In this document: positions 37,659-51,175 of the stretch, in pieces | Layout: every line of letters begins with the position of its first letter | Position numbering within the stretch: the stretch's first letter is position 1 | Source: Owenia fusiformis | Lineage: Eukaryota | Reading direction: 5' to 3' | NCBI GenBank assembly: GCA_903813345.2 | Contig: CAIIXF020000001.1 | Coordinates: forward strand, 35,278,001-35,342,000 | Length of the DNA: 64,000 bases | Program-made: the position numbers and the translations under genes | Notes under the pieces: generated by a model | Told to the model about the DNA's origin: nothing | The model's database searches: none | Seen by the model: the letters and a program-made list of their open reading frames with translations, nothing else

Positions 37659-38171
37659 AGCAGACGTTATAGTTCATTGCCCGGATTACTGAGGGATCGT
37701 TCTTAAGGATCGTTCCGAGGGATGCACATGACAAATTGCTGATTACTAAGAGATTCGAAGTGGAGCATGGTGTAGCAGCTATTATATTGGTCACTCTCAA
37801 TTAGTTAATTGCTCATTAAAATGGAGGTAAATTGATACACACATTTTGTTTCCATGACAACCTACAGATATAGATATTCTCATGCTACAATGATAACAGT
37901 TTTGGAAACTAGCAGGAGGACAATACTTTTTTATTTGTATACCTGATTTATGCGAGTCATATACTCATATTACAGAAGACAGATCAAATATGTGACTGTC
38001 AGAAACTCTTGTTTTAGATAATAAAAGAGACCAATGGGGTTAATGAATGAACTGTCCTAATATTAAATTATTGAGATATTGCTAGGGTCAACAAACTAAC
38101 ACATGAGTTCATGGATAAACATTTTTGTGTGGGAGTGGAATGCTGCAGTTGGGAAACGGTAAGGTTTACCT

Positions 38172-38759
38172 CACACCCCATTCTCTTATACGTCGTAGCA
38201 CCGGAAGTTTATACAATTATTTTCAGATGGAGATTTGTAAGAATATACCTCTAGTAACGCTACGTCTCAACATTTCGTTTGAACACGGTATAAAACCTCT
38301 CAAACTTTCCAGAAAGCACGATAATTATTTTGAAAAAATGAATCATCATAGTTTCTATAATTCCAACTCTATCATCTTGAAAAATTGATTAGATTAACAA
38401 TAAATCTTTTATACATCATCCAGACACTTCAGTTTCCCAAATCAATGAAAGAAGTCCGAGAAATTAATTTTCCTTTGAAAGTATACGGCGTAAACGAGGT
38501 TTACGACATTTCATTGTAGATTTTTAATTCCCTGAACGTCGTACTCCTTTTATATCATACACTTTCAAAGAAAAATGAATTTCCCCGGAATTCTTTCATT
38601 GATTTGGGAAACTGAAGTGTCTGGATGATATGTAAAAATTGTATAATTAATCTTATCAATATTGATAGGGCTAAAATTGTAGAAACTATGATGATTTTCG
38701 TGAAAAATTATCATTGTTTCATCAAGAAATGGTCGTGCTTTATAAGAAAATGGGATGTG
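38172..38759. mobile_element. CACAC-terminated palindromic MITE
   Basis: TIR CACACCCCATTCTCTTATA; long inner palindrome about 38330-38700; related copy at 46934-47323. Confidence 0.75.
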
Positions 38760-38771
38760 TACCTTAAGTTA

Positions 38772-39143
38772 GCCGTACACCAATGGGGCAATGTCCTAAT
38801 TTATTATTGTCCCGTCTCATTTTGTCCGATGTTGCGCCATTTTGTCCGGAAATATGTATGATCATCACGTGATGAAACATGAAATGCCCCTCATTTGTCC
38901 GGTATTGTCCCAAGAAGAGAATTAACATGTTCATTCTTTTCTTGGGACATAAAGGGACAACTGGGGACAAAATCGGACAACGTTAGACAATGTCCCGGGG
39001 ACAACTTGGGACAAAGGGGACAATGTCCCCTGATGTCTCAAGGATGTCCCATGGGAATGTCCGAACTTGTCCCTTCATGTCCCATGAAAATATTTTACTC
39101 AATAACTCCTTTGTTGTCCCATCATGTCCCATTGGTGTACGGC
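38772..39143. mobile_element. MITE with many GGGACA/TGTCCC subterminal motifs
   Basis: TIR GCCGTACACCAATGGG / CCCATTGGTGTACGGC; TA flanks. Confidence 0.8.
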
Positions 39144-41267
39144 TAGCTTTAGACGTCATGTTTTGTGAAAGAAATATAATAGAATGAGAATTTATTATCA
39201 ACACACCTCAAACGTGAACTTGCAAAGTTCAATATAGTTTCAAACTTTTTCGCTGAAAATCGTTTTGACCTTTGAACATGATGACAAAATGAGAAAGAAA
39301 ACATGTTTTCTTTTTCCCCATTGACTTGTAATCTGAATTTTCGGAATCGGAATTGAATAAAGTGTAAAATTATGACCATAATCAGCTTTTTGCAACACGA
39401 TTACACTTGGACCTATATACCTTATACCTACCTTTAAATTGCATTTTTCTCGAATGTTCATATGATGCCAGGCCCGATCGGAGGATTTTCTTTTGCCCAC
39501 GAATGAATTGTGCCACCAGGCAACGCCCCCCCCCCGCCAGTTGCCCACAAAAAGTCGCGTCCATTCGGACGGATTCTGATGCGATGGGTGCGATAAACAG
39601 GGCAAAACAGGATTTTCGGGGCCAAACAGAACTTTAAAAGTAATATTCAAACGCTGTCTTCACGAAAACTAGGTCGTGGCTTTGTAATATTATATATCTA
39701 TTTAAGAATCATTGTAATGAAGAACTCTTAATTGTGTCAAACCGTCTTTGCATATGCATAGTTTTAGAATTTAGACTTCTGACTTTATAGCCTCCAAGAT
39801 GCGAATTGAATGTTTTGTTTTAAGGCCCTGACGGTAACACCGAAATTACCGGTTCAGTAAAGTCATTGAGGATTACCGGAAGTGAAAATTATTTAATCGA
39901 AATGCATGTTTCGCCTTTTCGTCCACTACGTTTACATTGAAGATTCCTTTGTTTTCATAAACTTCAAATTAATACAAAAACATAATAGCGACCATTTTCC
40001 TTGGTCTTGTTGTCCTATTTTCAGTCCTACCTTTGGCCTACTCCAGTTGCGAATTTACTTTTACTATAATATTCTTTGAAAATAAGCGGTGTCGGTTGCC
40101 TCAAGTTCAAGGAAATGAATTATTAGTACAATTTATTACGAAGGCAAACATAAATGAGACGACACATTATTGTAACATAAAAAACAGCAGTTATACCTAT
40201 TAAAATAAGTGTTACATCTGTTCATTGTTTCATTTATCTTGTCTGTGTGTCATATTATATAGGATGAGCCAGAAGTTCTATCAGTTGTAATTTTCAATGT
40301 AAATCACTAGCTTGAGCAAGCTTTGGATTATCGGATCCATTTTCTAATCACATTTTCCTTATGTATGGGACTATAAAATGATGGAAATAAGGTGAAATGA
40401 CGCGTATGTTCACCCTCGATTATATAATCGTGAAATAAGAAATGCATCCAATCAAAATGAAAACTGATGAAACGGAAAATTGAAATCGGAATAATCCTCG
40501 TTGCAAAATCACTGGGGAGTATCGTGATGCAACAACACCGTGTTGTTGCATCAAGATGGCCAGACTTCCGGTGATAGATTTTCGTACGATATTTTGTTTC
40601 CCCAATTTAAATCCATTTCTAGGACGAGTTGCTCAATAACCATACACGTGCAGTTAGCGCACGATCTATATTTAAAGAAACTGCCATTAGTATACATGTA
40701 CCATCACCAAGAAGCAATAAGTTCACGGTTTTAGTTTCTCACTATTGATGCAACAACACCAAACTGAAGATGCAACAACACTCCTCTAGATTTGAGCAAT
40801 GATGCAGCAACACCAATTCATAGTATAATTTCAGAAGACCATAAATCTCGAGAGGAACAGATTTTTAAATGCTACTATTGCAACACCGTTACCCATTACC
40901 CATATTTGCGTTCTTCTCAAGGCATTCAAAATACACGTCCTGCGGGCGAAGATCCTTTATATGTTTTTTCAAAAATTTATACTTTTAAATATTATAATGT
41001 ACTGGACGTTGTTCTATAACATAGTTTAATCACCTTTAACATGACATGACAAACATCTTTATTTTCTCCAAAAAGGTAAATTGATAGGGGTACAGTTATC
41101 CCAGATATCCCGGGCCCTCGGGAAATATCATATTGTCTCTCATCCTATACAACTCTTGAGAACGATGTATAACTCCTGGATAGCGTAAACTCCTGAGCAG
41201 CGTATACAACTCTTCAACTTGATATATGACATCATTCTTTGGGTGGGATAACAAAGGATATACAATA

Positions 41268-43495
41268 TACAATTGTAGACCTCTCTTGAGGTCAACTGGC
41301 AAAATTGTATACCGATACTGTAATCCTTGAAAGTTCGGAGGTCGAGGTCAACAGTACTCTCAGGGTTTACTGTTGAGTTATACACTTTGGCCAGTTGACC
41401 GAATAGAGAGGTTAACAATTGTTTGTTAGTCCAGAGAATATAATAATTTGAAGGATATAATATACTAGTATAGTACATTTGTAGACCTCTCTTAAGGTCA
41501 ACTGGCAAAATTGTATACCGATATTGTTAACCTTGAAAGCACTGTTGATCAAGACCAGAGGTCGAGGACACTTTTGCCAGTTGACCGAAAAGAGAGCTTA
41601 ACAACATATTTGATGAGTAAAGGTATCATATTTTAGCAAAAAATCTCCAAACCGTCGAATACTTGTAATTTTTTACACAACTTATTTTTTCAAAATAAAA
41701 AAAATCATCAATCGGCATGGCTTCATTTCACAACCTTTTCTCCGAACCACGTTAGCAATATTTTTTTAGAAAATCTGGAGACAGTGCAAGTAGCTTAACT
41801 CTGTATTTGGCACATCACGGCGTACTCGTTAGTGAATTAATGTTAATTTTAAGTTTCTATTTGTATTTTTTGCTATACTTGTCGCCTAGTAAAGTCATTT
41901 TCATCATGTCCGTCTTCCATGTTTTTTTTTGTGACGTCATGAAACTTTTTTTCAGAAGTACATGTAGCGGTCAACAGTACCTAGTAGCGGTCAACAGTAC
42001 ATAATTTTGACCGCTAATCAACCAATCAGAATCGAGTATTTCAGTTGAGGTACTAACAATATACAATTGTTGACCTCTCCAGAGGTCAACCGGCAAAATT
42101 GTATACCGAGACTGTAAACTGAGAAACTACTGTTGACAGAGACCGAAGGTCGAGGTCAACAGTAGTTTCAAGGTTTACAGTCGAGGTATACGATTTTGAC
42201 GGTTGACCGAATGGAGAGGTCTACAATTGTTTTGTTAGTCCGAAGAAACTAGTAATACACAATCATATAGACGGCAATCATCAATCGGCATGGCTTCATT
42301 TCATAATATTTTCTCCGAACCACGTAAGCAATATTTTTTTAGAAATTCTGAAGATAGTGGTAGCTATATTCTCTATATTCGGCACATCACGGTAGAGTCA
42401 TTAGTAAATTAATCAAGGAGGATTGGAAGCCAGGGTTCCAACTCGATATTCTTTAATCTCCACGCATGCGTCATTTGCTATTCGTGTCTGTATAATTTGT
42501 ACGACTGCATGGAGAATGACCCGATACTCTCCAACAAAGCTATCGCTAGGTGATTGTTTTGCAGAATATCGGTGTTGCATTCTGGGAGCCAATCCTCCTT
42601 GTAAATTAATGTTGATTTTACGTTTCTATTTGCATTTTTGCCATTCTTGTCGTCTAGTAAACTCAAAAAATCACTTTCATCAACGTTTACAATATTATGA
42701 CGTCATGGAACTTTTTTCAAAAGTAGCGGTCAACAGTATCTAGTAGCGGTCAACAGTGCATATTGTTAGTACCTCAGTGTAAATACTCGCATCTGATTGG
42801 TCAATTAGCGGTCAACATTTTTGCCTGTACCTCACTTGTGCATCATGGGATATCATATTATTGACCGCGTATGTTACTGTACTACACTTGTGAATTATGG
42901 GAAATATGACGTCACAATGTTTACAGAAAAAACATGGTAGTCGGACATTTTGTACACGTTGATGAAAGTGATATTTTGACTTTTCTACACGACGAGTATA
43001 GCAACAATACAAATAGAAACGCAAAATTAACATTAATTTTCTGGTGAGTACGCAGTTATGTGCCGAAAACAGAGAGTTTAGCTTCCACTGTCTTCAGATT
43101 TTCTTAAAAATTATTGCTGGCGTGGTTCGTAGAAAAGATTGTGAAATGAAGCCATGATTGATGACTGTCGTATATATGAGTATTATTAGTTTCTTCTGAC
43201 TAACAAAACAATTGTAGACCTCTCCATTCGGTTAACCGTCAAAATCATATACCTCGACTGTAAACCTTGAAACACTGTTGACCTCGACCTTCGGTCTCTG
43301 TCAACAGTAGCTTCTCGGTTTACAGTCTCGGTATACAATTTTGCCGGTTGACCTCTGGAGAGGTCAACAATTGTATATTGTTGACCGCTAATCAACCAAT
43401 CAGAATCGAGTATTTCAGTTGAGGTACTAACAATACATTTTGTTGACCGCTCATCAACCAATCAGAATTGAGTATTTCAATTGAGGTACCAACAA
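41268..43495. mobile_element. Tandem and inverted cluster of a hairpin-ended repeat family (possibly Crypton-like)
   Basis: Hairpin module AATTGTAGACCTCTC...GAGAGGT.TACAATT at 41268, 41473, 42061 and inverted at 43185; body repeated at 41700, 42275 and inverted at 42860; AACCAATCAGAATCGAGTATTT module recurs. Confidence 0.7.
42414..42601. mobile_element. Mutator-like MITE (188 bp)
   Basis: TIR CAAGGAGGATTGG / CCAATCCTCCTTG; perfect 9-bp TSD TAAATTAAT; empty site visible in the paralogous body near 41830. Confidence 0.85.
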
Positions 43496-44957
43496 CACAA
43501 AATGATTGATATCTGTTGTCTTTCCAAAATTATATGAGTTATTTGTAAACAATTTCCATACGGTAAATCAAGGGCATTTAATTTAGAAAATGTATAATCT
43601 TTATTTTTCAGATACAATATCAATGAGATTGCCTCCCGGGGATTCAGTGCTTTATTTAGTTTGCCTTGTATATCCTTTTAACTTTGATATAGACAAAGAA
43701 ACCAAACAAAATACGTTTCGTCATGGACCACTGACTCACGCGTTTTATTCATGTACCGACCAACACCTGTAAACAGAACATAAAACAGTTTCTCTTGTTG
43801 TTCAATGATACATTATATTGGCGTTTTTGCATCAGCACATTGGTGTTGTTGCATCATCGATAAGAAACAGAGTGGTGTTGTTGCATCAATAGTGAGGAAT
43901 TAAAACCACGAATTTATCGCTTCTTGATGATGCTACATGTATACCAATGACAGTTTTTTAAAATATAGATCATGCGCTAACTGCATGTGTATGATTATTG
44001 AGCAACTCGTCCTAGAAATGGGTGTTAATTGGGAAAACAAAACATCGTACGAAAATCTATCACCGGAAGTCTGGCCATCTTGATGCAACAACACGGTGTT
44101 GTTGTATCACGATACCCCCCAGTGAAAATGACATCAGGAAATTTGGTACTAGATTACTGGTAATATGTGTCAGAAATTTGATTGGAACCAACCTCAGGCA
44201 ACCTTCTGAGTATTATCCGCATTGCTTATTGTCTTAGCATTTTTTTTACATTTTATCCAATACACCCAGATGTACAACACAACCAGTGATTTGTCATCTA
44301 TGCGAATTCCGAAAGCTATTTACATTTGCAAAACGACAGGGCATGAAAGGACTGGTGAAATGTAGAAGTGTACAATAATTACAAAAGGATCAATGTCTTT
44401 AGTAACGTTGACACCGATTAATTTGTTTACAAGCAGCCTGGATATTTTAATCGATGCAATTTTAATGATATGGCCTGGCTCCATTTGTCCAATTTACTCT
44501 TAGTTTCTGGCAATAACATATTTTTGATTTGATCATTAAGAAAAAAATTCCATCTGTGACTGTTTCCATGCAATACTAGTATTTCTTCCAAATATGATTT
44601 GAATCACGTCTAGCTGGCGAAACCTCAGGAAGCGTTCTTGAGCAAGTGCTGTCGACGAAATTGGTGTGCGTGCGTTCATTCTTCTTTCATATTTAGTTGA
44701 CTCATTCAGTAGTGACGTACATCAATTACGCCATGTAACCATGCAGTGATATTGGTATACCATTATTCATCAATTATGCATATATGATGTGCAGTGCAAA
44801 CATCATTTTGGTTTTTATGGGGTTGACTGAAATCATGATGAGTGTTGAAGAATGTATCAAAGACGCCAACGGCAAGATAAAATAGCTTACAAACTACAAA
44901 ACCGCTTGTAACTACAATCGCTTAAGTTTCGGCTTTTTGAAATAGCATTAGTATTAT

Positions 44958-45465
44958 CACTGCTCCACAACTAGTTACAATGACGGAATGTCAATGTAAC
45001 GAAATGGATGAACTTCCTGGTTACGAATTTTTTGTTTTCTCGATTTAAACCTACTTATAAGTCAAGTTGCATATTATAATTTGGCACAAGCTAGAAACTA
45101 CAGTCTTGCTTTAATAAGTTTCTTCGATTTGGAATTTGTTTTGCTATTGAAGTTGCAATTCATATACTTAGCCCCTTGCTTTTGTTACATTGATGGAAGT
45201 TCAGTTATATTACCAATATATGTTACTTTGACGACTTACGTCAATGTAACAAAAGTGATGGTCTAAATACATGAATTACAGCTTTATTTAAAAATCAAAT
45301 TCCAAACCGAGAGCATGTCTAACTTTGTGCCAAATGATATAGTCTAATAATCCGCAACTTGACTTATAAGTAGGTTTAAATCGAGAAAACAAAAAACACG
45401 TCTCCAGGAAGTTCATCCATTTTGTTACATTGACGTTCCGTCATTGTAACAGTTGTGGAACAGTG
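44958..45465. mobile_element. Palindromic CACTG-terminated MITE (copy 2)
   Basis: CACTG.TCCACAAC...GTTGTGGAACAGTG; AT dinucleotide on both flanks. Confidence 0.85.
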
Positions 45466-46097
45466 ATAACGAAGAGAAATTTTTGATGAATAAATATAGG
45501 ATATCCTATGATTTTTGTGTATCCATGAGTGGATATCGCCCATCTCTACGAGTGAGCGCAGCGAATGAGTGGAAATCGGCGATATCCAAGAGTGGATAAA
45601 AATGATAGCCGAGAAAATCATAGGATATCATAGTTATCCCATGGTCGCTATTTTTGTATGCACTTAAAGTAATTAGACCTAAAAGTTGTTGTTTTCTAAT
45701 TTTCTTTTCTAATTTTTTCATTTTATTTTCTGTTACAAATTTATTCTTACAAAATGATTGCATGGAAAAATGTAACTCATTTTTACTGTGCACATAACCT
45801 TGGAACTATATTGTCAAACAGACAAGTGGTTATCACAATTAAAAAAAAAATTGTTTACAATTATTTTAAATTTATTTATTTTATTTTAATTTTCAAAATA
45901 TTTTTTAAATAGTATATCTAGTATCCATCGGATTTATTTATTTATTTATTTATTTATTTATTCCGTCTTCACAATATGTAACATTAAATACATTCATCTT
46001 CTTACCTCCAAAGCCACCATCATGTAAGTTACAAAAATCATTACGTATTAAGCCCCGTTTACACTGACAGGTCTTTTTCACCGGACTTTTTAACGGG

Positions 46098-46472
46098 CAC
46101 AGGCTGGTATCGAAACATTTGTCAGCTGTGACGGAGCGTGCTATTTTGCATAGAAACACTAAGAAACCCGCACAATTTATTTTTTACTCATATGTTTCGA
46201 TATACCAAAGAAAATATTTTACTCCATGCAATGGGTAAGATTTTGGAGTATGATACTCCGACGCCGTTTTCAATAGCTTTTACTCTTAGCGTTGTTGGTC
46301 TTCAAACAGAAGCCGAAGTTACCCGCAAATAATATATTCATTGCATTGAGTCAGTAATTTTCTTTGATATAGCATTTTATGAGTAAAAAATAAAAAGTGT
46401 GGATTTCCTAGTGTTTCTATGCAAAATAGCACGCTCCGTCACAGCGGACAAATTTTTCGATACCAGCCTGTG
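46098..46472. mobile_element. CACAG-terminated MITE with ~95-bp TIRs
   Basis: CACAGGCTGGTATCGAAA...TTTCGATACCAGCCTGTG. Confidence 0.85.
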
Positions 46473-46933
46473 AGAACTGAGAACTAAAACTGCTAGGCGA
46501 CAGTTCCTTTTTAACACAATTCCTGAAACAAGGGTCAAAGAGAATGAATACTCTAACCTGATCTCGGAGGTTCAGTGGAGAATTCTCAATTTAAGGTGAG
46601 AACCAATTTAGAAATAGAAAATTTCGGATTAACTCTTGCTCTGACCTAGATATATCTACACGGAGATTTCCTCTGAGATAAAAAAAGTTTTACTTTTAAC
46701 TAATTGATATTCGTAACGAGATCACGGGATAATTATGGGATTGGGTGGAAAAGCCAGGGGTAGTAAAAACTAAAAAGGAGAGTCAAGACTCCATAAAAAG
46801 CAAAGGCATTGCTGAACTTGTTATTTATTATGGTAACGTGACTAGAAATCACGAGATTACATCTTTGATTTGGGTACTTCTACTCCCGTTTTAGCCAAGT
46901 AAGAAATGTGATTCTGATAACCTTACACCCGAC

Positions 46934-47323
46934 CCACCCCATTCTCTTATACGTCGTTGTACCGGAAGTTTACGACGTTATACAAGTATTTTCGGCGGGA
47001 GATTTGTAAGTAATCATATGTTTTGACGTTTTTGCAGAATATGGTTCTTTCCTTTTCGTAGAAACATTGGCAAAATCATCATTATTTTTCAAGAAATTGT
47101 GGTGCTTTCTAGAAGGTTTAAAAAGCTTTAGACTGTGTTCAGACGAAATGTCGAGACGAACTAAAGGTATATCTGCATGGTATGGTCAATGTTTCTACGA
47201 AAGGGAAAGGACCATATTCTGTTTAAACGTCGAAATACATGAGTAATACAAATCTCCCGCGGAAAATACTGGGTGTAACATCGTAAACTTCCAGTGCTAC
47301 GACGTATAAGAGAATGGGGTGTG
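46934..47323. mobile_element. CACAC-family palindromic MITE
   Basis: CCCCATTCTCTTATACGTCG / CGACGTATAAGAGAATGGGGTGTG; same family as 38172. Confidence 0.8.
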
Positions 47324-49343
47324 TTACAGAGACACAAGTTTTGCTGTCGATGTTTTTATGTACCCAGTGACTGATCGGGTAACTCATTCAAGGTATAAAG
47401 GTTTAAATAAATGTTACCCAGCCACTTTAAACACATCGTTTTCTCTATATCAGAGAAATATTTCTTGAAAAATAATAGTAAAAGATCAGGTTGGCTGTCT
47501 GGGCAAAAAGGTGACCCAAAACAAATCACTTTGTTGCTAATATCTAACTTGTTTATTTGTAATATGGCGTAATAAGACGTTAAGTAACGAATAATTGTCT
47601 GTATAAGATGTACGCAAGACTTACGAAGTCGCCTTCTTTAATTGTACCGACGCTGTCCTAATACTTTGCAAACACGTACAGTTGAATCAGTACCATCTAC
47701 TCAGTAAAGCGTATACATACATACACTTCCTTCCATAAGTCTGGTCATCATTTTCGTAAATAATATTGTCTCTCTGCTGATATACAATTTTCCTTAAGTT
47801 ATACAAAGCTTGGAAGTTATACAGATAATCCTTGGATTAGCAAACAAATGTTGTGATTTTTTCCCTCTAAAACATCTTTGGGAGGCCATGATATTAGAAA
47901 TAATTTCGAGACATCATTGAACTCATCGATAATATCATATATTACGAGTAGAGATTATTGACATTGTATCATTTGCCTATATCATTTTTGATCAGTATAT
48001 AGTCTAGAGAAACAGCACGCTAATAGAAACAGCATCTCAAAGTTTTTCACCAAACCCTCCGATACTCTTCATATTCCAAGACAGTGCCCAAAATAAGTCA
48101 ATTTAGGTTTCCAAACTTATGGACGGGAGTGCAGAAACTTCTACCACTTTTTTTACAAATATTTTCAGTCTCGTAATTATAGTTTCAGAAGGATAATGGG
48201 TATATTCTACAATTTATGCTACGTCTAGGAAGGTGAAAGCAATATGAGCGTTTCCTCTTGCCCATTGCCTGAGAATTATTGCATGTATTTAGAAAATGGA
48301 AATAACCAATCTCATTATCACGAGACTTCATTCGTCAGGACAGAGCTCCAAGAAAACATGAGCACAATTCATTCATTTGTTAAAATGCTCAACCACGAGT
48401 CTGTTTCTTAGGGTGATGTTGCCTTGGATTGTCATTTTCGCGTTTAAATGCACATGCGCAGTACATCCTTCCCGTTAGTGTTCATGTGAAGATAGTCCAA
48501 ACGACACAACCAATGCACTTGAAAGTGCTATCCACGAAGACAGTGCTATAGGCCCTCTGCTATTAGGTGCTGAGTAAAAACCCTTCCTGAAAAGATAAAC
48601 ATGGAATCACGGTTTACAATATATCATCGTATCTTTTGCCATATCCTCTCAATGGCTTTCATTAAATCATGGACTCGAAGAAAGTCCATGATAAAACCAA
48701 TCATTACACATTTCCAATGTGAACGGAATGTATAGATATTATCCTACTGTATATGAGGTTCAGGATATTGAATTTGCGCCATGCTGTTTAGCTTTTTACG
48801 AACCTGCATAATTACATAATACAATAACTGTATTGGATAAGTATTAGATTTAATCTAGGGTGAAAAAAGACACAAACTACTTATAATTGCAATTGGTTTC
48901 TCTGTTGAATTGTGAGGGTTGAAATCTTGGGGCGATCAGTTAAGACTCGAGAAGACTAAACGCTGGCAAGTGAATCCAGGCTTTTAAGAAAGATAACATG
49001 TCAATGATTATATTATGTTAAAGATGTTCTAGAGAGAACTCCTTGAATCATTCTCATTTAAAAGGAATATCTTAACCGGTCTTATATGTACTCGTTCCAA
49101 ATTATTTCCTATTGATGTTTGGTATACATATTTCAAGCATCAATCAAACATAACTCTAGACAGACTTGAGTCATGATTTGTATGTGGGTACTAAAGTCAA
49201 TTGATACTTGTCGCTTGACTTGACTATCGTATTTCCCAATCAATTCTTACTGAATTCCAAAAAAACTCTTGACAATGTGTTTCAATAAAAGAGAAAGGTT
49301 GACAAGAACAGAACTAATTACTATGAAATCAATCACGCCATCG

Positions 49344-49422
49344 ACTAACAATATAATACTAACAATATAATACTAACAATATAATACTAACAATATAAAA
49401 CTAACAATATAATACTAACAAT
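49344..49422. repeat. 14-bp minisatellite (ACTAACAATATAAT), about 5.6 copies
   Basis: Direct inspection. Confidence 0.95.
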
Positions 49423-50761
49423 GTTAGATCTGACAGGAAACGCAAAAACAAAAAAGTTAACCCCCAAGACAGCGATAACTTCTGAATTCTGTAACAGAAA
49501 ACAAAGACGAACAGGTTCAATTGTACTTGGAACATTTTGAAGAATCGTTATAATAGTTTTAACTGATAATTAAGTACATTTATAGTTATCAAAACGTCAA
49601 TTACGATTTTCTTGCCACAATAATTCAGAAAATAATTAACTTAAATGAAGTCAGTATTGGACTTAATGCCCAGAGGTTAATCTCAAAGCAAATACATAAA
49701 TAGACATATTTTCTTAATTGAGTGAACTGAATTCTGGATCTATATACACTGCCCTTGGTAACATATCTTATAGTCATTATTGTCTTGTACTGTATTAACT
49801 TACATGTGCGTTTCAAATAAATCGACACATTTAGAAAGCAATGGTATAGTTGCAATTGAACACAGCTATATCCTAAAGCAATGGACAAATCGTCGATGGA
49901 TGCAATAAATAGTGGAGTAATTCGAACAAGTTATATCCCCTTCTTAGTAGCGTTTAACGTTACTTTCAGCAAATTAAACTAATAGATCATCCAATTTGTA
50001 CACGACAAGATAAACACGTTTTGTGTCTTTGTAGTGAAGCAGAAATATCATTTGGTTGTCAAAAAGAAACAATTTGAACATCAGTATGGCTGTGCATTTT
50101 AGTAAGACAAGGATTGATAAATATCGTTGTCTTGAAATATTACAGCTTACGTCAAGAGCCAATTTTTGAAATTAATTTTACAAACTACAACATAATTGCT
50201 TTAAGGCTACATGTAGTTGCAAAACCAATTATACCATTCCAATGTAGGAACCATTCTAGCTTCCGAAGCCATAAATTCCCAGAAAGCTGAATAGCTTCCG
50301 ACGCCATAAATTCCCAAAAAGCTGAATTGTCAAAGAAAAAACTTATGCTATTGAACTTGAGAGAAAGAATGGGAACGGGAAAAATTAGATGAAGGAAGCG
50401 AACATAAACTAAATGCTTACGATTCATGAATATAAATAAGAAATGAAATGATCAGTGGACCTATGACAAAATGTCACCACCTAGTTGCTCACAACAGTCA
50501 CAATGGTCATTGAAGGTCAAGTCTTAAATCTAAAAATCGGATTTGAATTTCCGAGAAGTTATAGATGATTTTGAAAAAAAACAATTTGGTCAATTTGAAG
50601 CAAGTTGAAAAATACCTTTTTGACCTTAAGAACATCATTGAAAGTCAATCTAAAGTCAGATTTTGAACTTCTGAGAACCTTTAGATGATCTTGAAAAATT
50701 GGTCAATTTGAAGCAATTTGAAAAAATACATTTTTGACCTAAATAAACTAAACTGTAAATT

Positions 50762-51020
50762 CAGGGTGTCAAAAACAAACAACGACGCCCCCCTCTGTAG
50801 CAAAAAAAACTTAATGTTATATGGTATGTCTAGTTCATTTGAAATACAATTTAATTCTGGAGTTACTCATCAAATTCAATAAAACTACATTGTTTAAAAT
50901 TTTGCAACGTCAATACTCAGGTAATTCAAGAAGTGTTGTCTAAAAAAAGAGATATGACACACCATGAAGCATTAAGTACTTTATGCTGTGGAGGGTAGTC
51001 CGTTGTTTTTAGACACCCTG
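50762..51020. mobile_element. Tc1/mariner-type MITE
   Basis: TIR CAGGGTGTCAAAAACAAACAACG / CGTTGTTTTTAGACACCCTG followed by TA. Confidence 0.7.
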
Positions 51021-51030
51021 TAGAATACAC

Positions 51031-51175
51031 CAAACGGTGTCAAATCCTTTCAGTAACTCTATCTTTTGGCACCACAACCACATTATACGATCTGTAATAA
51101 CAGGAAAGTCGGAAATACAAGCGTTATGGTAAATGTTGGTCGATGATTACATTACAGATGTACACCCTGACCGTT
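51031..51175 (-). pseudogene. Disabled fourth exon of the ZP-N-like gene
   Basis: cctacag acceptor; best frame VYICNVIIDQHLP*RLYFRLSCYY resembles the second half of ZP-N, but is out of phase with exon 3 and contains TAA. Confidence 0.5.

Larger units (their letters stand above)
40510..44124. mobile_element. 3.6-kb composite element with ~300-bp TIRs, CACTGG termini and 5-bp flanking repeat AAAAT
   Basis: About 40510-40815 inverse of 43825-44124; AAAAT at 40505-40509 and 44125-44129; nested repeats inside. Confidence 0.85.

Noticed and set aside
38764..39204. Several overlapping ORFs on both strands
   Set aside because: Produced by GGGACA/TGTCCC motifs in a MITE; no protein-like features
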